The position numbers and the translations under genes were made by a program. A DNA stretch of 33,000 nt from Botryllus schlosseri (lineage: Eukaryota), in NCBI GenBank assembly GCA_051294905.1, contig CM119383.1, forward strand, positions 13,175,001-13,208,000, read 5' to 3'. The notes beneath the pieces are model-generated. The model did not search any database. It was not told the origin of the DNA and was given only the letters and a program-made list of their open reading frames with translations. Shown piece by piece: positions 1-11,363 of this stretch (positions within the stretch are counted from its first letter, which is position 1; each line of letters begins with the position of its first letter).

Positions 1-326
1 TTCATCGCATGATGCAGCAGCAGCCCAGTTAATGACATCACCACATTTGCTGCCAGTAACATGCATCCAAGAATGATACGTGATCCAATGCTCGCTTTCC
101 GAGGAAGAACTCTCCTGCTTTATTGATAGCATCTTCCATCCACCGGACTCGGATATATTTTGAGTACTTATGATTTTGACATTGTTCCAATCGTGATTAC
201 ATGAAATCTTTAACGAAGCGTCACTTTTAGAGAGGCTGCTCGGCGAGCATGTGGAGCTTGATTTGTCATCGTCAAGGCATATCTCCACATATACATTCAC
301 TTGGCCGCATAAATCTGCCGAGAATG
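1..326 (-). CDS. Coding exon, continues beyond the window edge
   Basis: Acceptor ttacag at 327-332, phase 1. Open frame AFSADLCGQVNVYVEICLDDD...GGWKMLSIK...HWITYHSWMHVTGSKCGDVINWAAAASCDE. Confidence 0.8.
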
Positions 327-599
327 CTGTAACAGGATTTATTTAAATGTATCATCTGCATACTCAAATATACAGGCACAAATGAATGATTACAACTGAG
401 TATGGTTGGACATCAACAATATAACTTAACAGGCCTGCTTCACAATATGCACAAGATCAATTATGTTGATTGATAGGATTGGTATGTCCGATTCGATTTT
501 TGATATTTTTCTAACTTCAAAACAATGCGGTTTGAAATTTCACTGACAAGAGCAATTGAGCACACATATACTAACCAATCCCACGAAGATGCATTAGAG

Positions 600-1702
600 C
601 AGGGGTGGGCAAACTACGGCCCGCATGCGGCCCGCAACACCGTTCTGTGCGGCCCGCGAGAGTCGAAAGAAACTTTTTTTTTATATTGATAAAATGCGTA
701 CTAAAAATCGAATTATTGCAGGGACTTGATTAACTATTTCTTAGTATATTTCACCATGATAATTCTAAGACAGTGGTTCTCAAACTGGTGGGCTCGCTCC
801 CCTTGGGGGCGTGAAAGCATCTGAAGGGGGACGCGAAGCTAAGCGCAACTGAAAAATTTTCGCGCTCCGCGCGATTTACTTCGAATTCAAAGTTTTTGCT
901 CTGTATTTAGTCTGAATTACATATATTAAAAATCTCTCATCCACAGTCGTAACCTTCCATGCCATTAAACTATCCGTTAGGTTTGCTAGCATCCTGGTTT
1001 CGTTTTGTGATATGACGATAAGGGGGCGCGAAATCTTTTACCATCATAAGGGGGGGGGGGCGTGTCTTAAAAAGTTGATCTAAGGTAAATACTTAATATC
1101 ACAGCGGGATAGCTGCAACGAGATTGACATAATTTGGATCACGAGTGGGATTTCAGATTGACCACTCCATTTTTAATTATTTCAGTGTTGTGCTTATAAA
1201 AAACGATTCGGGCGTGTCTTAGGTAGATTCGTTTGTATGCGTAGAATTGGGGTATTTATATTTTATCTACACATAGTAGAAGCGTGTTTGAAGCTAACAT
1301 GGTTATGATGCTGTCAGCATTGTGTGTCCTGGAACTGAACCAAAAGTGGAATTAGTAAATCTATGTACAGATCGCTGCTCACAGATTTAAATTTCAATCA
1401 TGTTCTAAGAATCGGGCCAACCGACTTTCATCTCATCTCTATAGTTTTGACAATTTTGTTATTGAGGTCCGCCAGCCTATGAAATCTCGCCACTACATGT
1501 TTCTGACGCGTGTACGATATCATCAAAGCAATGTTTGGCTTGATTTAAATAAGCACTTACGTATATTATCTCCATGTCCTCACTATATAATCAAATATCA
1601 ATATTGCGTTTTGGTTAATAATCCCAATTTTATATAGTGCGGCCCGCGAATGGATTCGGATGTTGAATGCGGCCCGCGAGCTCAAAAGTTTGCCCACCCC
1701 TG
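600..1702. mobile_element. Non-autonomous hAT (Charlie/Buster-type) element, 1103 bp
   Basis: Perfect 16-bp TIR CAGGGGTGGGCAAACT; perfect 8-bp TSD CATTAGAG (592-599 and 1703-1710); subterminal GCGGCCCGC repeats at both ends. Confidence 0.95.
771..1076. mobile_element. hAT MITE nested inside 600-1702, right TIR truncated
   Basis: Left end CAGTGGTTCTCAAAC; GGGGGCGCG subterminal motifs at both ends; right end stops at AAAAAGTT without the expected TGAGAACCACTG. Flanks TTCTAAGA and ATCTAAGG match 6/8. Confidence 0.7.
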
Positions 1703-1997
1703 CATTAGAGCCTATAACATACATAATTCATACTTGAATGTCATACAAGAAAATGAGGATGCATTTGCTATGAAATGAAAATGGCTGTTCATTGTTCATT
1801 ACTAGGATTGCCAGGGTTTGTCGGACAATGGCCATGTTATTTGTCCCACTAGTATCCTAGGTAACTTATTCACTCATGTGTGGTAAGCTTCATTAATCGT
1901 TAGTGATGTTAAAATCGCAGCATTATCGGTGTCATAAGAATGTTGAACAAGTGAATTTAAGTTTCTCATACATAGTGAATTCAAGTCAGGTACTTAC

Positions 1998-2291
1998 CTA
2001 AGCCCAACGTAACATCACTGAGATCTATGGTTTGATCAACGTGTATTTTCTTTTGCATGTTTTCAAATGTGCTTTTTGACACGTGGGGGGATACAATTTC
2101 TTTCTTTTCCTCGTATCCAAACGTTTGCGTCTCAACATAGAACTTGATCAGTATGTTTGATGAAAAATCAGTTTGAAAAGTAACTTCGTCAAGCCCTGAG
2201 CCAATATACTTTGCTTGTAAAATGTATGGTTCATGAAACATCAGTTGTGACAAATCCTTTTCATCCACATATGGAAATCGTATGGTCTTCT
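1998..2291 (-). CDS. Coding exon (294 bp, phase 1-1)
   Basis: Acceptor ttttcag, donor G|GTAAGT. Reads EKTIRFPYVDEKDLSQLMFHEPY...DLSDVTL and matches ORF 1981..2268. Confidence 0.85.
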
Positions 2292-2427
2292 CTGAAAAAA
2301 ATATGCATTGAAGTATAAATTAAATTGAGCAGTAACGGTTATCATGTTCAAAATGATGGTGTTACCTAGTCATATTCATAAAACTGATATCAGGTTTATC
2401 CTAATTGTATGAAATAAGTATTTAGAT

Positions 2428-4382
2428 CAGTGGTTCTTAACCTTGCTGGAGATTTTGGAGGGGGCGGAAACGCTCAGGTGGCCATATGGGGGGCGCTGGG
2501 CTCGGGGGGCGATATGGGGGGCGCTGAAGAAAAATGGCTTCGCAGTAGATGATGTGGTAGTAGGACATATCCTTAATGAGAATTCAGAGCAAATTAACAT
2601 TCCACAAAACATTTCAAATCCCGGGATTTTTGGTCGCGCTACGCGACGATGTTTGCTACATATGTTTTCATAAATGTAGTGGGTTATTATAATTCATGTA
2701 AAGAAATTGCGCGTACTTTTAGATCCCAAATTTCCCGTTAAAACAGTGCCGTCACACTTGCTAGGGTTATTTTCAACAAAATGTGTCGGATTAGGTATTA
2801 TATCCCGCAGCGCACAGCGTGTGAAAATCGAGAAGAAGGAGGCACTGTATATCACTTCCGAGAATGAGAGCCCCTTGTACAGAAAATAAGTTTTGAAGCT
2901 TTGTGCACGAAATGAATAACTAAATATACTTGTATTTGAGAGCTACAAAATGAAATCGTCAGAATATTTCTTCATGGTATCATAAAGGATGATACTGTCT
3001 AGTATTGTGGTTCACGGCCTCACATGAACGCTATGAGTTGCTATGTTTGGAATACATTCACGTTAAAATTAATAACTGGGTACAGTACTAAATTCAATGC
3101 GAGCAGATACATGCATCCCATTCTCAGTTGACTTACTAATATAGTTACACAGAGCAGTAAGACAAAATCCAATATCATTAATTTCCCCGTATTGCCAATC
3201 GCAGAGGTGAATTCGGGATGGTTCGAACCACGGGGTATGAGACCGTAACCGCTTGTTGTTATAACAACCTTGATTTGACCCTGAGTATACTACACACAAT
3301 TATGGACCTCGAGCGCGATTAAAGTGCGAAATATTTCCAATAGCAAAGTCCCGAAAAAACCGACTGGACTTTGACCTCTTACCAGGACCGAAACTGCTGC
3401 AACCCAAATCCCCAATCGGTGAGCTCGAAGGGTGCCCTAAATTATTTCGGCGAATGAACATAAATTACACATGTTTTGACGACTCCACGACGGAAGAATA
3501 TGCATAATTATAGAAAATAGAAATGGGCATTTCGGCATCGGCCATTACCACGCCACGATGCACGAAGACATATGAAGTTCTGGTCAATATGGGACTCCGA
3601 GAAGTGTTTCAAAAAGATTGTCAGCAAGAAAACCTTAAGAAAAAAAGCGTCAGCGAGAAAACCCCTCATGTTGAGCGTAAACTTCGATGTATATAAGTCT
3701 AATCGTTCACAATAGGTGTTTAAATCGCTTGTGCCGAATTATCATGTCGTCGCAATCTGCACCCCACAGGACAAATACGGTAACATCCATCAGAGAAAAT
3801 TATTTGCCGTTGAAGAAATACCAATTTTGAATCGTGAGCTTACTTTAGTTTAATACGTTTATGCTTTCAATATCTTTTGACTATATAGCAGACAAAAGGT
3901 AACAAAATAACAACATGTAACGAAATAATTGTAGCAACGGGCACGCCCGAATGTGTTGAATTATTGAATTATTAATCACGTGGCCTTCATTTTCCAATAC
4001 AACACCTCACTCAGCGCTACTGGTAAATCTGATTACGCGGGCTGAGAGGAAAAAAGTTTATAGCGACATATATATGCAATTACCACCTACTCATTCATGC
4101 ATTATAGAAAATTTTGGCGCCTAGGGCGACCAGGCCACACAAACTTTGCTGACCATCGAAATCACGCGACGGGGTTCTTGGGGGCGAAGCCCTAAGAAGT
4201 TTGGTTTATCCCGATATGGGTGCGCAAGACAATCGTTATTTAAGGGGGGCTGACGAAGTGCTGTTACGGCCCTCCCTCTTACCCATTGTCTTTATTACAG
4301 TCCTTACAATATAAGGTGGGGGCGCTGGAGCAAGATATTTTTTGAAAGGGAGCACTGGAGGGAAAAAGGTAAAGAACCACTG
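2428..4382. mobile_element. Non-autonomous hAT element, 1955 bp, with coding-like internal cargo
   Basis: TIR CAGTGGTTCTT(A/T)ACCTT; TSD ATTTAGAT / ATATAGAT (7/8); GGGGGCGCTG subterminal repeats near both ends. Confidence 0.8.
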
Positions 4383-4538
4383 ATATAGATCATGTAATAG
4401 ATATGGCTACATACCAGCAATCCTAATTCTGGAGCTACGAAGGGCATCCTATTATAATGCAAAATGGGTATGTAGTAAAACTTGTATTGCAAAAATACAC
4501 ATACACACACACCGGCAAATAGATAATATATATTTAAC

Positions 4539-4616
4539 CTACTATGACTAATCCAAGTCTCGCAGGTGTCTTTACTTTGAAATCTTTCAAATGATGTCAA
4601 TTTTCTGGTAACCATT
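4539..4616 (-). CDS. Candidate 78-bp phase 1-1 exon containing an in-frame TGA
   Basis: Acceptor aattag, donor G|GTTAAA. Reads EWLPEN*HHLKDFKVKTPARLGLVIV; phase fits both neighbouring exons. Confidence 0.55.
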
Positions 4617-4716
4617 CTAATTCGTAAATATCTTAATTAATCTCAAAATCACTAACACATTTGGATTCATGGATTAAAATTCAGAATACCATAGCCCATA
4701 TAAATAATAACTTTAC

Positions 4717-7280
4717 CTTGTAATGAGTGTATCATCTTCTCGCCAGACAAAAACTCAAACCTCGTCAAGATGAATGGACTGGAGATTTTGTATGCTGATT
4801 GAAAAACGTCGTCTAGATTGATTTTTCCAATATTCACTAGACCGTTGTTAAAATTTGTGGCAAATTGAACATCGATATGATTGTTATATTCTGTAGGCAT
4901 GTGTGTTATGGCAAGGGAGCCTTTCAGATCAACATGATATTTGTGATATAACGACATCTCATCACCAAATACATGTTGTGGATACTTGAGCAGAGTATAT
5001 GTTATATTGTGTGTGTGAATTTCCAGAGATGTGTTTCTCTCGCTATGAAAAGCAGTGAATTCCATATTTTCTGAGATTTCATTAGTGCACATAAGGGTAA
5101 ATTTTATGTGAATAAGTGTATCAAGACTTGTCAAACTAAGTGATGTCAGATTAGAAATTGATCCAAGATCATATTTAGGTACTGGTAGTATTTGTTCGAA
5201 ATGATCTGACATCATCACAGATTGATTACTTGGAAATACCAGTTGATGATCACCAATGAAATCATATTCAACTACTTCAACACGTACCATATCGGTAGTC
5301 ATTTCGCCAACAACCCATGGACCCTGTATCAAGTCACACATTCCAGAAAATTTCATCGATTCGTTGAGTAGCAACATAGAATGCAAATTAAAGTTTTTTA
5401 CATTATTCCCACGAATAAAATCCAGCAAGGGGAGAGATATCGCAAATTCAGCGATTGCAGTGTGTGTTTCTGATTTCTCCTGGACATATACCATTTTTGA
5501 TAAAGTTACCGTTGGTTGTTCCGAATATGAGGATAACAAAAGCAATGTTCTATGATCAATGTATTTTGGCATATTGATATAACCACCCAAAAACATATTT
5601 TGAACATTAGAGTCCTGATGCAAAATCCGTGGAATATTAAGTTCAGTTGTTGCCATCGAAATACTGAGAACACGCAAAGAATCTATACCGACAGAGATCT
5701 CGCGTTGGGGTTGGACAAGTTCGCAGATTTTTCCAGAGTGAATAAAATTATCCATTCCAACACACACATCGAACATAAGATCCTCACAATTTAATGATCC
5801 ATTTCGAATGTTGGTAATTTCATAATGAGACTTTATGGAGAATTTACGTAATTTATCGGCATGATAATATGTTTCACCAATGAAATCAATAGATACTGCA
5901 TCGTAAACATTATTATTAAGTGATTCGTCAATAAGCCGTGACTCAACAAACAGATCCTTTTGTACGTCAAGTTTTGGGTGTATTTCTGTACCATCGACAA
6001 CAACTGATGCAAAAATATCTACCCGAAATACTTCTATATCATTTTCAGCCATAATTTCAAGACCAAACATCGACTTCAATTCAACAATATCAAATACATT
6101 ATTCACCAATAAGTTAAGATTTCGTATCAATTTTCTCATCATGTTGTTGGATGTGTTGATGTCAATTAGATGATCAGGTAAATCAACATTAATCGATACA
6201 TACAAGGGCAATACTTCATAAAGAAGATGTCGTCTGTGAATGGATGGGTATGGGTTGTGATGGTGTAGAAACAAATCGACTTTGTTTTGAAGACAAGATT
6301 TTGAAAAATGGAATAGTCCATCCAAGAAGTATTGGATGTGCTTCATATGACAAAACTGATGTTCACGGTGATGTGCAAGCTCTTTTAATCTCATACCAGT
6401 AATATTAGAGGAAAAACAGTCATTCAAATCGATGGAGTATTCTGTTGTTAGATCAAAGGTAATGTAATGGTCTTTGAGCTCAGCAACAGAAATCAAAGAT
6501 GATTTATCAATAATCGCATCAAATACTACTGCCATCCGTAAAGTTGACGTATTATTCGTGGAATCAAATCCCGACGATAAATAAGCAGAGTTTACTGAAA
6601 GATCAGCCGAGCTGCATGAACATAACTGATCCGTCGTAGCGAATTCAAGACAAGTTGAAAATTCATCAAAGTCATCAGAGCGTATACGAACACATATTGT
6701 GTCGAATATCCCACAATATTGCCATGAAAGAATGGTAGAATAAGTAGCGTTTACCTCTACAAATTCACCAGAATATTTCATCTCAACTGAACTGCTAACT
6801 GAATATTCAATTTCCAATGGTTCATCTGAAAGAATAGAACTTGAATTTCTATCCTGATTCCGAAGATATAACGAGCTATTCATGACTTCTGCATATCTTG
6901 ATTTTGTGAAAGAAAAGAAATAGTTTTTGTGCACCCAAAGACTTATCTCAATCGTTTGCAATACATCGGGAACTATCATTTTAGAATTCACTACTTTCCA
7001 AGCAAAGGAATCGATTTGCGGCTGTATGTCAATGCATGTTACTCGATCAATACACATGTGTGGTAGGAGATGAAGTGGATATGTCAATGAAACATCTTTC
7101 GTTTTAACCGCACAAATGTGTGTGATGTGTAGACAGTCGATAGTAACTATGTTGTGTAAAGTCAGAGTGACTGAGACATGCTGATCTGAAATTTGTGAAT
7201 GATTCTGATTGAGGGTAAATCGACTTTCGAGAACTGCGGCAGCGCCAGGCACGTTGTGAAGAACAATATCAATTGTTTTT
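4717..7280 (-). CDS. Very large coding exon (2564 bp, about 855 codons), product unrecognised
   Basis: Core of the 876-aa ORF 4667..7297. Acceptor ttttttcag|A (phase 2), donor CAAG|GTAAAG (phase 1). Confidence 0.92.
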
Positions 7281-7583
7281 CTGAAAAAACATATCAAAAT
7301 GATTACAAAGAAAGACGGTGGTGGTGATTAATAATTACGTTATTGCACACAATATTGTGGGTACACAATTTCTTACTGAATGGTAAAATCGTAGTAATCA
7401 CATATTATTTGATCAACAAAATTATTTCAATTTGAGACGTATGTCAAAGTTTCGTAAAATTTATATCTAAAATTGAGTTGACAGTAGAATGTTATCGGAA
7501 TAAAATAAACTCATTTTTCCATTTCAAAGTCAGTGGATAGAATAGACATTAAGTGACTGAAACTATAAGAGAAAATCGAATAC

Positions 7584-7981
7584 CTTTCATAGACGGCTGC
7601 ATTTGACAGCACACCAAGCAATGTGATATTTGCAGTGACATTTTCACCCAATATTTCCATAAAGACCTTGGGTGGCATTCTTGGATCATTGATTTTCAGA
7701 TTTGCATTCAATTCCACACCTTCGTATTTCTGAAATATTAACAATGCAAAGACGTAAGATTAAATAATCCATTTTGTCAAATGACATACATCAATTTTAG
7801 TGCTCAGATATATTTCTTCTTCATTTCTCAATTCTAATACTTCAAAGTCCCCAAGTGGACAATTAAATACAGTCTTCGAGCTCAAGATGCTAAAATGTGA
7901 AGGAGCACCACCAGTTGATATGAATAATCCAGTTAGAGCAAGTGGCTTGTCGCAGAATTCATGGAACACTAAATCTTTTCT
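7584..7981 (-). CDS. Two coding exons (7790-7981 and 7584-7729) separated by a 60-bp intron
   Basis: RKDLVFHEFCDKPL...STKID|KYEGVELNANLK...AAVYER. Donors GTATGT and GTATTC; phases 0/0/2 chain into the large exon. Confidence 0.85.
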
Positions 7982-8287
7982 CTGAAAATAGTAATATCCA
8001 GTTTATCTCCTGTTCTTTATACATTACCAGACATGTCAAGCAAATTGACATGAAATGAAGTGGGTATTACAGATTGAACACGGAGCAAATAACTGGAATA
8101 AAGAGAAGGATATAAAATTAACAAAACACAATAAGAAACACTTCTGCATTGTTTTGATATTCTCCACCTTTTCGTTTTTATCAACATGCTCAGAATTCAA
8201 CTTGGACGTGCACCATTCAGTATGAGAAAGATGGAAATCAAAACAGCAAAAAAAATAAAAGTAAATGATAATCAAGTCAGGTTCAGG

Positions 8288-9163
8288 CAGTGTTGGGATG
8301 ACTCGAGTCATGACTTGACTCGAGTCACTTTGCTAAAATGACTTGACTTTACTTGACTCGGTGTATCAGAAATGCGGATTGACTCGTGACTCGAAGTAAA
8401 ATTAACGAGTCAATTTCAAGTCATCAAACAAACAATGTCGATAAAATCACTCTTCATGGTCGGATTGTTCGCGAAACGCTGGTATAACCCGTGAAAGCGA
8501 CCAATCATTTAATGATTGTGCGTTTTACTGAATCTCCATTGTTCACTCATAAATAAATTGACCACAATCGATATGATCGGAGCATACATCTTACGCTGTC
8601 GCAAACTAGTATAGTAGAGTAATTTAATGGCAAAATGTATACTTCCGTTCTCTGTTCTTACCTTAACCAAACTTCTTGTTTTATTGAAATTGAATTCGAA
8701 TATAGTTTATATAGTCCTCGACCATTGGCGCAGGCTCGAATTGTTTCATATCAATTTGTAAATGGGTAATGTATTGCATCTGATAGTTCGTTTCTCTATT
8801 CTCTATTTTGGCTGGTAACTAAACTGAGGCTATGCAATTACTTATGTAGTTTAGCATTTCTATGTATATGTGAGCGACACAGCGCCTTCTTACGTGCATA
8901 TTTAACTCTATATTCGTTCATCGGTTCAGAATCAATGACCACTCAATCTGTATTTCAGACAGCTAGCAAAATACAATGACGTAAGCATGCCTCATACTTC
9001 GAAAAGGACTTGAATTGTGGCTTGACTCGTGACTTGACTTGACTTGACTCGACTTGACATGAGCCACCTTCAAAAATCGAGTGATTAGACTTGACCCGAG
9101 TCAAAATCTGCAATGACTCGAAATGACTCGTGACTCGAAGGTAGTGACTTGATCCCAACACTG
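8288..9163. mobile_element. Non-autonomous hAT-like element, 876 bp, with GACTCGAGTC / GACTT subterminal arrays
   Basis: Perfect 12-bp TIR CAGTGTTGGGAT; perfect 8-bp TSD GGTTCAGG (8280-8287 and 9164-9171). Confidence 0.95.
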
Positions 9164-9255
9164 GGTTCAGGATATCTGTTTATATCTCAAAATCACTAGG
9201 AGAAAACTACACTAACAAATATAAACATGAAATGATGTATCCAAAAGCACAAAAA

Positions 9256-9450
9256 TTAATTTATGTGTGTCATAGAAGTAACATACAATACATGCAGGCT
9301 AACAATAGTAAATGAAAAAATTACCGAAATAGGAGCAACTCCACTGAATGAATAGAAATGCTCGTATGACGTCTTAGGTATGCGAGTGTCCAGTATGTAA
9401 CGCATCTCCAGAGTTTCTGGCAACTCCAGCATGATGATAGCGGATTCGCT
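9256..9450 (-). CDS. Probable coding exon, boundaries unresolved
   Basis: Open frame SESAIIMLELPETLEMRYILDTRIPKTSYEHFYSFSG in the same orientation as the host gene; splice sites not fixed. Confidence 0.4.
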   Translation of the reverse strand, partial: SESAIIMLELPETLEMRYILDTRIPKTSYEHFYSFSGVAPISVIFSFTIVSLHVLYVTSMTHIN

Positions 9451-10056
9451 ATTGTTGCTCATGTAATCATGCATATACGAAAAAAACATGATGGAGAACG
9501 GTTCGGAAAATTCTTCAAGACTCTAAGGAAAATAGAGTGCCTTTGATAGAAAATTTTGATATCATTTTGATATATTACAGTAAAACAATTTATCAATGTA
9601 TATTAAAGGGCGAAAAGGGTTTTGAGAAACAAGGCGATATGAATAAAAACAAAGACGGCATCTATTGAAAATATGAGATCTCCGATATTATTGTAAGTCT
9701 TCAATTTTTAATCCATCAGTAAAAAAACACTAGAAATACGGTGTTTCGAATGGCATATCTGCCTTGTTTGCAAAACCTTTTAAATCATTGTGGATCTTGG
9801 TCAAAATACCTGTGGATTTCCTTTAGTTTCTCGTATATGGTTACTTTAAATTTGTGCTTCGAAGATGATTACCACTCCCATATTACAATAATAAGTACCA
9901 ACCTCAATACTAAGCTAACTGTGAGGTTCAGCCGCGTATACAAATTTCATTTTAATGGTCATTATCGCTTTTTATCTTTTCAACCTACGCTTGCATTTCA
10001 ACGTCTATAGCAGGATCTACTTAAACACTTTTACCTTGCTGAATATCCTTATGAAG

Positions 10057-10432
10057 CAGTGGTTCTCAACCGGTGTACCGATTGGACTACCCAGGGGTGC
10101 CGGAGAAAATGAGGTAAAAAGGGGTGCTGTCGACATATAACAAAAATTAGGGATGTCTAAGTTATAAGTAGCGTTTGAGAAGCTGATGACTAAATACAAA
10201 GGTCGTAACCGGCGATGAGGGAGATATTGAGGCTTTGACGAAACTATTTTTAGTCACCAACATCAGAGTCTGGGGAGGAACACAGTAAACAGTGATATGA
10301 CATTAGTTGAACAGCTTTTTTATTCATTAGATTCCCAAATCTTGAACACATGGAACTCGAAGTGAGAGGGTGCCGTGAACTATGTTTCCATTACGTAGGG
10401 TGCCGTGAGGTCATAAGAGTTGAAAACCATTG
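10057..10432. mobile_element. hAT MITE, 376 bp, older copy
   Basis: TIR CAGTGGTTCTCAAC versus CAATGGTTTTCAAC (12/14); GGGTGCCG subterminal repeats; degraded TSD TTATGAAG / TTATAGAT. Confidence 0.8.
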
Positions 10433-10637
10433 TTATAGATCTTTCACATGGAATTCTGAAAGACAACCGTTGACAGCAATACCCTCGCAATCGACACATA
10501 CAGCAATGGTAAAGATTCGAACTACATGCAAATATGGCAATTGAGTAGATGTTGAAATCAGGTAAATATTTGCAGTCACTTTGTAAAAATTTTACACAAA
10601 CGAAAATCTTCCAAATTACAGCCAATGATTCCTCTAC

Positions 10638-10750
10638 CTGAACGAAAGCTATATCCCACACAGCAATATCGATCTTCAAAGCAACTTCATCAATGATGGT
10701 TGAGATCAAATCAGTGGTAACAAACTCAACCAGACGAACATGCCTGAATG
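10638..10750 (-). CDS. Coding exon (113 bp, phase 1-0)
   Basis: ttttttcag|CATTC...GTTCAG|GTAGAG. Reads FRHVRLVEFVTTDLISTIIDEVALKIDIAVWDIAFVQ. Confidence 0.65.
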
Positions 10751-11363
10751 CTGAAAAAATTTAAATTCATTTTTCATCTATGACTCGTACTTTACTAACA
10801 CGATAATAAGTCGTCAGCTGTGGTAATTGAGAGTTGGCAGCTTAACACTATCCTGCACCAGATGGTTTGTTTGATATCCGAGTTGTACTATAAGAGTTTC
10901 AATTAATCAAATATTTGATTGTGCATTTGAACTACTTTTATATATGATTATACTATATGATTCAGTTTGGTTTATCAGCAATTTTTATCAGTTCAATACA
11001 CCACAAAAATTGCGATACAATGAAAAGATGGGAAGGTGTCGAAACGACTTGGAGTAGTCTTTAGAATCATCTATATTATATCTATATATCCATCATATCT
11101 ATATTATATAATTTTCTTTAACATACTCTGGCAATTTTCTGCAATTAGTGGAACAGTATCAAGGTTTTTTGTTAATCCATTGCTGATAGTCGCCGGATGT
11201 CCCATAGGTCGCATGGTAACTACTGCTTTGATTTTGATTTCTTCATTTTTACATGCTTGAAGAAGAGTTTCGTCATCAACTTCTGCAGACATTCGCTGTT
11301 CTCCTATGCACAGTGAAACTAGGCGTTTTATTTCTGCATCCGGTATTAGGAAAATTCTTTTAC

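Noticed and set aside
1050-1060. Poly-G run
   Set aside because: Part of the MITE subterminal region; homopolymer length is unreliable.
2427-2673. ORFs 2443..2673 (+) and 2427..2612 (-)
   Set aside because: They run through GC-rich transposon subterminal repeats, which are stop-poor by composition.
3134-3281. Minus-strand cag...GTAAGT segment ending MILDFVLLLCVTIL, resembling a signal-peptide exon
   Set aside because: It lies inside the hAT element, has no linked downstream exon, and conflicts with the plus-strand cargo reading.
4597-4599. Selenocysteine or stop-codon reassignment as an explanation for in-frame stops
   Set aside because: The lesions include TAA, TGA and frameshifts and are rare; multi-kb exons are stop-free, and no SECIS can be assessed in this window.
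5256-5794. Plus-strand ORFs 5256..5555 and 5552..5794, and likewise 7800..7985, 14720..14968, 18021..18233, 19115..19549 and 31482..31730
   Set aside because: They are antisense shadows of real minus-strand exons, with no independent support.
9770-9960. Minus-strand frame MTIKMKFVYAAEPHS*LSIEVGTYYCNMGVVIIFEAQI*SNHI as a further decayed exon
   Set aside because: Two stops in about 55 codons is not clearly better than chance in AT-rich DNA, and the splice sites are not resolved.
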